The translations under genes and the position numbers were made by a program. A stretch of DNA of 64,000 nt from Candidatus Rokuibacteriota bacterium (GTDB lineage: Bacteria > Methylomirabilota > Methylomirabilia > Rokubacteriales > CSP1-6), in contig QHSL01000089.1 in the NCBI GenBank assembly GCA_003220435.1, positions 2,106 through 66,105 on the forward strand, in the 5' to 3' direction. Shown piece by piece: positions 26,432-34,680 of the stretch; the first letter of the stretch is position 1, and each line of letters starts with the position of its first letter. The notes below the pieces were generated by a model. That model did no database searches. It saw only the letters and a program-made list of their open reading frames with translations, and had not been told where the DNA came from.

Positions 26432-27604
26432 ATGAGCAAGGCCTCCGCCGCGCTGCCGAATAGCCCGCCGGGCCAAAAGGTCCGCTGTGCCGGGGGCTAC
26501 ATGGCCTTCGTGCCGGACCCTCTCCCGCCAGAGCTCGAATGGACGCCCCAGCTCGTTCGCGCGCTATCGGACGCCGATCGTCTCACCGGCCGCCTGGCGG
26601 GGGAAGGCGGACGGCTGGCGAACCCCCACCTCCTGATCCGGCCCTTCGTCAGGCGCGAGGCAGTGCTGTCGAGTCGGATCGAAGGCACCCAGGCGACCCT
26701 CGGGGAGTTGCTCGCCGCTGAGGCGGGCGCGGCGGTAGACAGAAGTCCGGCGGATCTCCGCGAGGTGGCCAACTACGTTGTCGCCCTCGAGTACGGGGTG
26801 AAGCGGCTCAAGACTCTGCCGCTGTCGCTTCGGTTGACGCGAGAGCTTCACGCGAAGCTCATGATGGGTGTTCGCGGCGACCATGCGACCCCCGGCGAGT
26901 TCAGGAAGACGCAGAACTGGATCGGACCGCCTGGCGCGCCGCTGGCGAACGCGACGTATGTTCCACCGCCGCCGGACGCGCTGATGGACTGCCTGGGGTC
27001 GTGGGAGAAGTTTCTTCATGACCGTTCGCTGCCAGTCCTGGTGCAGGCTGGGCTGATGCACGTCCATTTTGAAGCCATTCATCCGTTCCTGGACGGCAAC
27101 GGGCGGGTCGGGCGCCTGCTCATCACGCTCTTCCTCGTCGAGCGGCAAGTCCTGCCGGCGCCGCTTCTCTATCTCAGCGCCTTCTTCGAGGCGACTCGCG
27201 CCGACTACTATGCGAGGCTCCAGGGCGTGCACGAGCGCGGCGAATGGGAGGAGTGGCTGGAGTACTTTCTGACCGGCGTGGCACGGCAGTCCGAAGATGC
27301 CTTGAGCCGAGCGGAGCGCATGAATACGCTCATCGCGAGATGGAAGACCGAGTTGGCTGGCACGTCCCAGGCAGTGCTGAAACTCGTGGACGTGCTGGCC
27401 GAGAATCCCTACTGCACTGTCCGCCGAGTCGAAAAGCGGCTCAAGGTCGCGTTCACGACCGCCCAGCGGGCGATGGAGAAGCTTCAGGATGCGGGCATCC
27501 TCAAGCAAGTCAACCAGGCCAGGCGTGACCGCGTCTACTGCGCCGTGCCCGTGCTGAAGATCCTGGAAGAGCCCGCTCGCCTCGTGCCGGTAGGCGCCGT
27601 GTGA
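26432..27604 (+). CDS. Fic/DOC family protein (AMPylase-type) with internal inhibitory motif and C-terminal wHTH-like region
   Basis: Fic motif HPFLDGNGRVGRLL, N-terminal S-x-x-x-E-G (SSRIEG), and a GGYMAFVPDPLPPEL N-terminus typical of this subfamily. The ATG at 26432 is preferred over the TTG at 26414. Confidence 0.85.
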   Translation: MSKASAALPNSPPGQKVRCAGGYMAFVPDPLPPELEWTPQLVRALSDADRLTGRLAGEGGRLANPHLLIRPFVRREAVLSSRIEGTQATLGELLAAEAGAAVDRSPADLREVANYVVALEYGVKRLKTLPLSLRLTRELHAKLMMGVRGDHATPGEFRKTQNWIGPPGAPLANATYVPPPPDALMDCLGSWEKFLHDRSLPVLVQAGLMHVHFEAIHPFLDGNGRVGRLLITLFLVERQVLPAPLLYLSAFFEATRADYYARLQGVHERGEWEEWLEYFLTGVARQSEDALSRAERMNTLIARWKTELAGTSQAVLKLVDVLAENPYCTVRRVEKRLKVAFTTAQRAMEKLQDAGILKQVNQARRDRVYCAVPVLKILEEPARLVPVGAV

Positions 27605-29133
27605 TGGCTCGTCCGCGAGCCGGCTCCAACGGCAAGCGCCTCGCCACCCCGCAATCCGTCGACGCCGCGGTCAAGAGCATCTGCGACATCATGCGGCGCT
27701 CGAACTGCGCGGGTGCGCTCCAATACGTCCCGGAGCTGACCTGGATCCTCTTCCTCCGCATCCTGGACGAACGCGAGGCCCAGGAGGCCGAGCGAGCCCG
27801 CGCGGTGGGCTCCGAATTCACGTCGTCGCTCGAGTCACCGTACCGCTGGGAAGGCTGGGCGGCGCCCGGCGGACGCAAGCGACGCGAGCTGCAGGACGGC
27901 ACGCTCGGCGCGGTGTAGAGCTTCGTGAACGCAGAGCTGTTGCCGTACCTGCGCGGCCTTCGAGAGAAGCCGGGCGCCACGCCGCGGCAGAAGGTGATCA
28001 GCGAGATCATGTCGGGCGTCGAGCGAACGCGCATCGATACCGACCGGAACTTCCTCGACGTCCTCGACCGCGTGCACGCGATCAGCGCGGAGGCGGTCGA
28101 CTCCACCCACGTCTTCACGCTCTCGCAGGTGTACGAAGGGTTGCTGCTCAAGATGGGGGAGAAGGGCAACGATGGAGGGCAGTTCTTCACCCCGCGCGAG
28201 GTGATCCGCGTGGTGGTGCGGGCGATCGACCCGAAGACCGGCGAGACGGTCTACGACCCTGGCTGCGGCACCGGGGGCTTCCTCGCTCAGGCCTACGAGC
28301 ACATGGCCGGGCCGAATCACTCGAAGATCGCTTCGCCTGACCAGCTCGAGGCGCTGAAGCGCCGGACCTTCTACGGGCGGGAGAAGGACAACACGATCTA
28401 CCCGATCGCGCTCGCCAACCTGGTCCTGCACGACATCGACGAGCCCCACGTCTGGCACGGCAACACGCTGACGGGCCAGGAGACGTACGGCGGGCTCTTC
28501 CAGGACGCGCCGGCGCTGTTCGACGTCATCCTGATGAATCCGCCGTTCGGGGGCAAGGAGGGCAAGGAGGCGCAGACCAGGTTCCCGTACAAGACCGGCG
28601 CGACTCAGGTGCTGTTCCTCCAGCACGTGATCGACACGCTCAAGCGCGGCGGGCGCTGCGGCATCGTGCTGGACGAGGGCGTGCTCTTCAGGACCAACGA
28701 GACCGCGTTCGTCCAGACCAAGCGGAAGCTCCTCGACGAGTGCGATCTCTGGTGCATCCTTAGCCTGCCCGCCGGCGCGTTCGTGAACGCCGGCGCCGGC
28801 GTGAAGACGAACCTGCTCTTCTTCACCAAGGGCCAGCCGACCGAGCGCATCTGGTACTACGACCTTTCCGACGTGAAGGTCGGCAAGAAGTCGCCGCTAA
28901 CGCTCGAGAAGTTCGAGGAGTTCTTCCGGCTTCTGCCGACGCGGGGCGACGGCGAGCACTCCTGGACGGTCGAGCGGAAGGAAATCGATGCGCGAGGATA
29001 CGACCTCAAAGCCGTCAACCCCCACGCCAGCCGGGATGAGGACACCCGCACGCCCGAGGAGCTGCTCGACATCATCGAGGCCAAGGGTCGCGAAGTGGCA
29101 GATGCTGTCGCCGAGCTGAGGAAGCTCCTCTGA
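27604..29133 (+). pseudogene. hsdM: type I restriction-modification N6-adenine methyltransferase subunit interrupted by an in-frame TAG at 27916-27918
   Basis: Track ORFs 27601..27918 (HsdM N-terminal domain: VKSICDIMRRSNCAGALQYVPELTWILFLRILDE) and 27925..29133 (DPGCGTGGFL, NPPFGG) are in the same frame. Only TAG AGC TTC separates them. The ATG at 27604 overlaps the fic TGA. Confidence 0.8.
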
Positions 29134-29282
29134 ACCGCCACGCCGGTCCGCCGCGCGCGAGCGACACACCTTCGGTTCCCGAGCCGACCTACGCCGAGCG
29201 GGCGCGGACGCTCGCTCATCTCGGGCGCACCGGCGCGCTGGCGACGCTCTCGCGCCGCCATCCCGGCCATCCGTTCGCGTCC

Positions 29283-29924
29283 GTGATGCCGTATGCGCTC
29301 GACGAGACCGGCCGACCGCTTCTCTTGATCAGCGCGATGGCGATGCACACGCAGAATCTCCAGGCCGATCCGCGCACGAGCCTGCTCATCACGCAGCCGA
29401 ACCCGACCGGGGAATCGGGCGATCCACTCGCCGCCAGCCGGCTCACCCTGATGGGCGAGGCGCGCCGCCTGGACGGCGGCGACGTCGCGCCGGCACGGCA
29501 GGCGTATCTCGCGCGGCACCAGCGCGCCTCCTACTGGGTGGATTTCGACGACTTCAGCTTCTGGCGGATCGACGTGACGGATGTCTACTTCGTCGGCGGC
29601 TTTGCCGCGATGGACTGGGTGACGATCGACGCCTATCGATCCGCGGGGCCTGATCCCCTGGCCGACGCCGCGACGGGCATCATGGAGCACATGAACCGCG
29701 ACCACGCCGATGCCCTCGTCGCGTACGCGCGTCACTTCGCCGGCGAGCCCGCCGACGCCGCGACGATGGTGGCCGTGGACCGTCTCGGCTTTCGCTTGCG
29801 CCTGCGACAGGGCGAGCGGCTGCACGCCGTGCGCATCGCGTTCCCGCGTCCCCTCGCGACCGCGGCCGAGAGCCGCACCGTGCTGATCGAGATGTTGCAG
29901 CAAGCGCGCGGCGCGACGGCCTGA
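29283..29924 (+). CDS. pyridoxamine-5'-phosphate-oxidase-like / DUF2470 heme-utilisation (HugZ-like) protein; 5' end unresolved
   Basis: Motifs ISAMAMHTQNLQADPRTSLLI and MEHMNRDHADAL (DUF2470 part). Conserved-looking codons continue upstream of the first GTG/ATG with no canonical start. See the finding at 29134. Confidence 0.7.
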   Translation: MMPYALDETGRPLLLISAMAMHTQNLQADPRTSLLITQPNPTGESGDPLAASRLTLMGEARRLDGGDVAPARQAYLARHQRASYWVDFDDFSFWRIDVTDVYFVGGFAAMDWVTIDAYRSAGPDPLADAATGIMEHMNRDHADALVAYARHFAGEPADAATMVAVDRLGFRLRLRQGERLHAVRIAFPRPLATAAESRTVLIEMLQQARGATA

Positions 29925-29951
29925 CGCCGGCCGCACGCCGCGGCCGCCTCC

Positions 29952-29980
29952 TTGACAGACGCCCCGCGCTTGCATACGTT
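29952..29980 (+). promoter_or_regulatory. sigma-70-type promoter candidate (TTGACA-N17-TACGTT)
   Basis: TTGACA at 29952-29957 and TACGTT at 29975-29980. The downstream gene has an AGGAGG Shine-Dalgarno before the ATG at 30082. Confidence 0.45.
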
Positions 29981-30081
29981 GAGCCCCGCCGGCGGACACC
30001 TGTTCTAACCGCGCCTCGGCCGGGGGGCCCCAGCCCCGCGACGGCCTGCAGCGCGCACAGCATGCCAGTCAGGAGGTCACC

Positions 30082-30396
30082 ATGGTCCGCATCTCCGTGT
30101 TGTACGCGACGAGCGAGGGCAAGAAGTTCGACCACGACTACTACGTGAACCGGCACATGAAGCTGGTGCGCGAGCGCCTCGGCAGCTTCGGCCTGGTCCG
30201 CACCGAGGTCGACAAGGGCATGGCGGGCGGCGCGCCGGGCGCCCCGGCGCCGTACGTCGCGATTGGTCACGTGTACTTCAATTCCCTCGACGGCTTTCAG
30301 AAGGGGATGGGCCAGCACGGCAAGGAGATCATGGGCGACGTGCCCAACTACACGAACATCCAGCCTCAGATCCAGATCAGCGAAATCATAGGATAG
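30082..30396 (+). CDS. EthD-family protein
   Basis: 104 aa. MVRISVLYATSEGKKFDHDYYVNRHMKLV...NYTNIQPQIQISEII is the typical EthD-domain pattern. Confidence 0.8.
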   Translation: MVRISVLYATSEGKKFDHDYYVNRHMKLVRERLGSFGLVRTEVDKGMAGGAPGAPAPYVAIGHVYFNSLDGFQKGMGQHGKEIMGDVPNYTNIQPQIQISEIIG

Positions 30397-30402
30397 ACGA
30401 AC

Positions 30403-31902
30403 GTGCCAAACGCGAACTACGACGTGATCGTGATCGGTGGTGGCAACGCGGCCATGTGCGCGGCGCTCTCGGCCCGCGAGCACGGCGCGCGCGTGCTGGT
30501 CGTCGAGAAGGCGCCCGAGGCGTGGCGCGGCGGCAACGGCTTCTTCACCGCCGGCGGCTTCCGGTTCGCGTTCAAGAGCTTCGAAGAGCTGTGCGACCTG
30601 GTCGGCGACCTCTCCGACGAGGAAAAGGGCTCGATGGAGGTCGATCCGTACACCGAGGAGCAGTTCTACGACGACCTCATGCGGGTCACCGAGGAGTGCT
30701 CCGATCCCGACATGGCGATGCAGCTGGTGCGCGAGTCGCTGCCGACGGTGCGCTGGATGCGCGATCGCGGCGTCCGCTGGATCCCGATGTTCGGCCGGCA
30801 GGCCTACAAGGTCGGCGGGAAATTCCGTTTCTGGGGCGGGCTCGTGCTGGAAGCCGTCGGCGGCGGGCCTGGTCTCATCGATATGGAATATCAATCCGCC
30901 GCCAAGCTCGGGATCGACGTGCGCTTCGACACCAAGGCGACGCGGCTCGTGACCGACGACCGCGGCGCTGTCACCGGCGTCGTCGTGCGGACGGCCGCCG
31001 GCTCCGAGACGATCCCCGCCCGCGCCGTCGTGCTCGCCTCCGGCGGCTTCGAGGCGAACTCGGAGATGCGCACGCGGTACCTCGGCCCCAACTGGGAGCT
31101 CGCGCGGGTCCGCGGCACCCCGTACAACACCGGCGACGGGATCCGCATGGCGCTGGATATCGGCGCGCTGCCCTGGGGCCACTGGAGCGGCTGCCACTCC
31201 GTCCAGTGGGATCTGAACGCGCCGTGGCACGGCGACCGCAAGGTCGGCGACAATTTCCAGAAGCACTCGTACCCGCTCGGCCTCATCGTGAACCTGAAGG
31301 GCGAGCGCTTCGTCGACGAGGGCGCCGACTTCCGCAACTACACGTACGTCAAGTACGGGCGCGCGGTCATCGGCCAGCCGCGCCGCACCGCGTTCCAGAT
31401 CTTCGACCAGAAGGTGATCAACCTCTTGCGCGAGGAATACCGGATCCGCGAGGTGACGAAGGCGGAGGACATGACGCTGGAGGGGCTCGCGCGGAAGCTC
31501 GAGATCGACGTCGACGGGTTCGTGGCGACGATCCGCGCGTACAACGCGGCGGTGCAGCCCACTCCCTACAACCCGGCGATCAAGGACGGCAAGGCGACCC
31601 GCGGGATTTCGCCGCCGAAGTCCAACTGGGCGCAGCCGATCGACACACCCCCGTACGTGGGCTTCGCCGTCACGACCGGCATCACGTTCACGTTCGGCGG
31701 GCTCCGGATCACCCCGACCGGGCAGGTCGTCGATTGCGAGCAGCGCCCGATCCCCGGCCTGTTCGCAGCGGGCGAGCTCGTAGGCGGCCTCTTCTATCAC
31801 AACTACCCGGGCGGCGCTGGTTTGATGGCCGGCGCCGTCTTCGGGCGGATCGCCGGCCGATCGGCCGCCGCGAGTCGAGCCGGCGCCACGTCGGGCGGCT
31901 AG
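30403..31902 (+). CDS. FAD-dependent oxidoreductase (fumarate reductase/succinate dehydrogenase flavoprotein-like, TcuA-like)
   Basis: GTG start. DVIVIGGGNAAMCAALSA dinucleotide fold, RGGNGFFTAGG, and C-terminal GLFAAGELVGG. Confidence 0.8.
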   Translation: MPNANYDVIVIGGGNAAMCAALSAREHGARVLVVEKAPEAWRGGNGFFTAGGFRFAFKSFEELCDLVGDLSDEEKGSMEVDPYTEEQFYDDLMRVTEECSDPDMAMQLVRESLPTVRWMRDRGVRWIPMFGRQAYKVGGKFRFWGGLVLEAVGGGPGLIDMEYQSAAKLGIDVRFDTKATRLVTDDRGAVTGVVVRTAAGSETIPARAVVLASGGFEANSEMRTRYLGPNWELARVRGTPYNTGDGIRMALDIGALPWGHWSGCHSVQWDLNAPWHGDRKVGDNFQKHSYPLGLIVNLKGERFVDEGADFRNYTYVKYGRAVIGQPRRTAFQIFDQKVINLLREEYRIREVTKAEDMTLEGLARKLEIDVDGFVATIRAYNAAVQPTPYNPAIKDGKATRGISPPKSNWAQPIDTPPYVGFAVTTGITFTFGGLRITPTGQVVDCEQRPIPGLFAAGELVGGLFYHNYPGGAGLMAGAVFGRIAGRSAAASRAGATSGG

Positions 31903-33638
31903 CCGCCGTCGAAGGTTTCGACTACCGCGTCCCCATGCCGCGCGCGCAGCGCGGAATGGGCTGCGTCGAGGAACCAGGGCGGCAGCAGCGGGCGATAGTG
32001 GCCGAGAAAGCGCTCGAACTGGCCGTCGAGCACATAGGTGACGCCGTGGTCGTCCGCGTGGCGGCACGATCGCCCGTACGCTTGGACCAGCGCCTTCGCC
32101 GTCTCGAGCGCATACCATCGGGGGTCCCGCGACTGCCGCGCCGAGGTCCACGGATCGCCGAGGTCCGGGTACGGCATCTTCGTCACGATCTGGAATCGCA
32201 GGAAGTCGTCCGGGAGATCCACCCCTTCGCGCAAGGACGGCGAGACCAGCACGGTCGGCGTCGGCGAGGCGCGGTGCTGGTCCAGCGCCCGGGTCTTGGC
32301 CTCGGCGGACTCCACCCAGATGAGCCGGCGCGAGAGCGCCGAGCCGCGGCCGGCGAGGTCGGCGACGAGCCGCCGCCCGGCGGCGTACGACGGCGCGTGA
32401 ATCAGCCCCTTCTCACCTGGGTGCTCCGCGAGGATCGCGGCGACCGCCGCGAAGAGCGCCGGCTCCAGGCGCGGGAGGCTGGTCATCGACAGCAGCCCGA
32501 CGGGACGATAGTCGATCCGCCGCTGAGCCAGGGCGAACGGCGAGTCGGCCCTCAGCGATCGCACGGTGGCCTCCTGGAGGCCGAAGCACTCGGCGAGCGT
32601 GCTCCGGTGGCCGAGGTATGCCGAGGAAAGCACGACCAGGTCTGCCGACTCGCTGAGCAGCTCGCGGGCCATCGACGTCACGGTGAGCGGTACCAGCTCG
32701 AGCGTCGCGCCGCTGTCGGGCGGATAGCGTACGATCCACTCGCGGTCCTCCGCGTCGACGAAGAAGCGGATGCGGGCGAGCGCGGCCTCGAGGACCTCGC
32801 GTTCCACCATCAGCGTCTGCTCCTCGCGTGAGGGCGGCGTCTGCAAGAAACTCTCGGCCGCGACGCCGGGAGGACGCAGGGCCTCGAGATCGCGATCGAG
32901 CGTCTCGAGCCGGCCTTCCAGCCTCTCCAGGTGATCGCGCATGAGAGCACGGTACTCCTCGGCGTCGCTCAGGCGCGGCAGCGGACCGCCGAACCACGTC
33001 CGCGTCTGCTCGAGCGGGAAGGCGGCCGTGAAAACGGAGACCAGCTGGGATTCCAGATTGTGCGCCTCGTCGATGATCAGCACCCGGCGCTTGCGGAGCT
33101 GCTCGGCGCGCCAGTGACGGAGCGTCGCGAAGTACGCGGTGTTCGTGCAGAAGATTGGGCCGGCCAGCGCGGCGGCCTTCGCCCGCGCGTACGGGCACTG
33201 GCACTGCGGCCCGCGCGGCCGGCGGCACATGCCGCGCGATGTCGGCACACGCGCCTCGCCGTAGCGCTCGCACACGTAATTGTCGCGCCCCTTCACGAGC
33301 TGCAGGTCGTTGCCGAACTCTCGCTCGTACTGGTCCTGGAGGAGCTTCTGCGACGTGAGGAGGTAGGCGTCGCCGCTCCAGCGCGCGAGGGCCATCGCGA
33401 CGTGGCTCTTGCCGACGCCCGGCGGCGCCTCGACGAAGAAGACCCGGGGCGCGTCCGGATCGTCGAGGGCCTCGGCGATCGCGTCGGCGAGAGCCGCGAG
33501 CAGCCGGGCCTGCTGGGGACGCGGCGCAAAGCCGGGCGGGAAGTGCGCGAGCAGGTCGACGCGATCCGTCACGCGAGCATGGCCCTCGGAGCCGGTCAAA
33601 TGGGCAGCCGCTCGGAATGGTATCACGCGGTCCGACAT
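31899..33638 (-). CDS. DinG/XPD (Rad3)-family ATP-dependent DNA helicase with Fe-S cysteine cluster
   Basis: APPGVGKSH Walker A, DEAHNL, Cys cluster CERYG...CRRPRGPQCQCPY...FCTN, and C-terminal QAYGRSCRH. The ATG at 33638 (MSDRVIPF) is preferred over the TTG at 33650. Confidence 0.85.
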   Translation of the reverse strand: MSDRVIPFRAAAHLTGSEGHARVTDRVDLLAHFPPGFAPRPQQARLLAALADAIAEALDDPDAPRVFFVEAPPGVGKSHVAMALARWSGDAYLLTSQKLLQDQYEREFGNDLQLVKGRDNYVCERYGEARVPTSRGMCRRPRGPQCQCPYARAKAAALAGPIFCTNTAYFATLRHWRAEQLRKRRVLIIDEAHNLESQLVSVFTAAFPLEQTRTWFGGPLPRLSDAEEYRALMRDHLERLEGRLETLDRDLEALRPPGVAAESFLQTPPSREEQTLMVEREVLEAALARIRFFVDAEDREWIVRYPPDSGATLELVPLTVTSMARELLSESADLVVLSSAYLGHRSTLAECFGLQEATVRSLRADSPFALAQRRIDYRPVGLLSMTSLPRLEPALFAAVAAILAEHPGEKGLIHAPSYAAGRRLVADLAGRGSALSRRLIWVESAEAKTRALDQHRASPTPTVLVSPSLREGVDLPDDFLRFQIVTKMPYPDLGDPWTSARQSRDPRWYALETAKALVQAYGRSCRHADDHGVTYVLDGQFERFLGHYRPLLPPWFLDAAHSALRARHGDAVVETFDGG

Positions 33639-33653
33639 GGGTATGATCAAGGC

Positions 33654-34076
33654 GTGCCCGGCGACACCTCTCGCGTGCGCTTCGAGTTCTCCGCCGGTGG
33701 TCTCGTCCTCGACGATGAGGGCCGCGTTCTGCTGATCCGCGCTCGCGATCTGCGCGGCCAGCCGGTGTGGACGCTGCCGAAGGGCGCCCTAGCGCCCGGC
33801 GAGACCAACGCCGACGCCGCGCTCCGCGAAGTGCGCGAGGAGACGGGCTACCGCTGCGAGGTGGTGCGTGAGCTCGTGCCGGTGACCTACTGGTTCCGCC
33901 GCGACGGGCGGCAAATCAAGAAGACGGTCCACTGGTACCTCATGCGACCGCTGGAGAAGGTCGGCGAGCACGACCACGAGGTCGACGAGGTGATGTGGAC
34001 GGACCGAAGCGACGCCCTGGCCCGGCTGCGCTACGACTCCGACCGTCGCCTTCTTACCGAAACGCAAAGCCGGTAA
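33654..34076 (+). CDS. NUDIX hydrolase
   Basis: In-frame GTG start. NUDIX box GALAPGETNADAALREVREETG. Divergent from the helicase, with under 20 nt between the starts. Confidence 0.8.
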   Translation: MPGDTSRVRFEFSAGGLVLDDEGRVLLIRARDLRGQPVWTLPKGALAPGETNADAALREVREETGYRCEVVRELVPVTYWFRRDGRQIKKTVHWYLMRPLEKVGEHDHEVDEVMWTDRSDALARLRYDSDRRLLTETQSR

Positions 34077-34302
34077 GTGCTGGTCAGTGTTCCAGTCAAA
34101 TCTGACAATCGGTCCTCGGTCCAGTCTCGACTGCGGGCGATGGCGATTGGCAACTTCTCATCGTGGCGACGGAATCGACGGGCTTCGCCGATGGCATTGT
34201 GGTTGCTGAGTATCGAAGCCGTCGATGCCTAGGCGCGGGTCTAAAACCGGAAACCGGTCGTGAACGAGCTCGGCGATGCACGCCCGGAGTGGGGGATGAC
34301 GA

Positions 34303-34680
34303 ATGCGGAGAGCTGACGCCGACGGTCCGTGCCCGGTTGATCTCCAGGCCGCCCTCGAGTACGCCGGCGGCGACGAGGCGCTCTTGTCCGAGATGTTCCA
34401 GGTCTTCCTCGACGAATCGCAGGGCCAGCTCGCCGCGCTGAGGACCGCCTTCGTCGAGGGACGGGCGGGTGACCTGATGGACGCCGCGCACGCCTTCAAG
34501 GGCTCGCTTCGGCTGCTCGGCGCCGGGGGGATAGCCCTGCTGGCCGAAAAGCTCGAGCTCGCCGGCCGAGCGTCGCGGCTCGACGGCCTCCAGCCGGCGG
34601 TTACCCGGTTCGAGGAGGAGATGACGCAGCTCCTCCGATGGGTGGAGATGCAGTTCCGCATGAGCGCCGGGACGAGTTAG
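34303..34680 (+). CDS. stand-alone histidine phosphotransfer (Hpt) domain protein
   Basis: 125 aa. DAAHAFKGSLRLLGA is the Hpt phospho-His motif in a four-helix context. Confidence 0.8.
   Translation: MRRADADGPCPVDLQAALEYAGGDEALLSEMFQVFLDESQGQLAALRTAFVEGRAGDLMDAAHAFKGSLRLLGAGGIALLAEKLELAGRASRLDGLQPAVTRFEEEMTQLLRWVEMQFRMSAGTS

Noticed and set aside
27916-27918. Stop-codon reassignment or programmed read-through of TAG.
   Set aside because: TAG terminates several well-supported neighbouring genes at the expected protein ends (ttuA, thiolase, apt). I see no read-through context that I can support.
27601-29133. Treating 27601-27918 and 27925-29133 as two separate genes (a small N-domain protein plus a methyltransferase).
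   Set aside because: Both are in the same frame. Only one TAG and two sense codons separate them, and together they form one continuous HsdM sequence. No ribosome-binding site precedes the second part. Called as a single interrupted gene instead.
19238-29290. Calling the helicase/R-M block a mobile element or genomic island with defined ends.
   Set aside because: I found no integrase, transposase, flanking tRNA or flanking direct repeats. Only the right-hand junction, the start-less downstream gene, hints at insertion. The left boundary cannot be placed.
34077-34302. Lower-G+C intergenic region upstream of the Hpt gene, examined for a riboswitch or ncRNA.
   Set aside because: I could not identify conserved-looking structure or motifs. 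Left unannotated.
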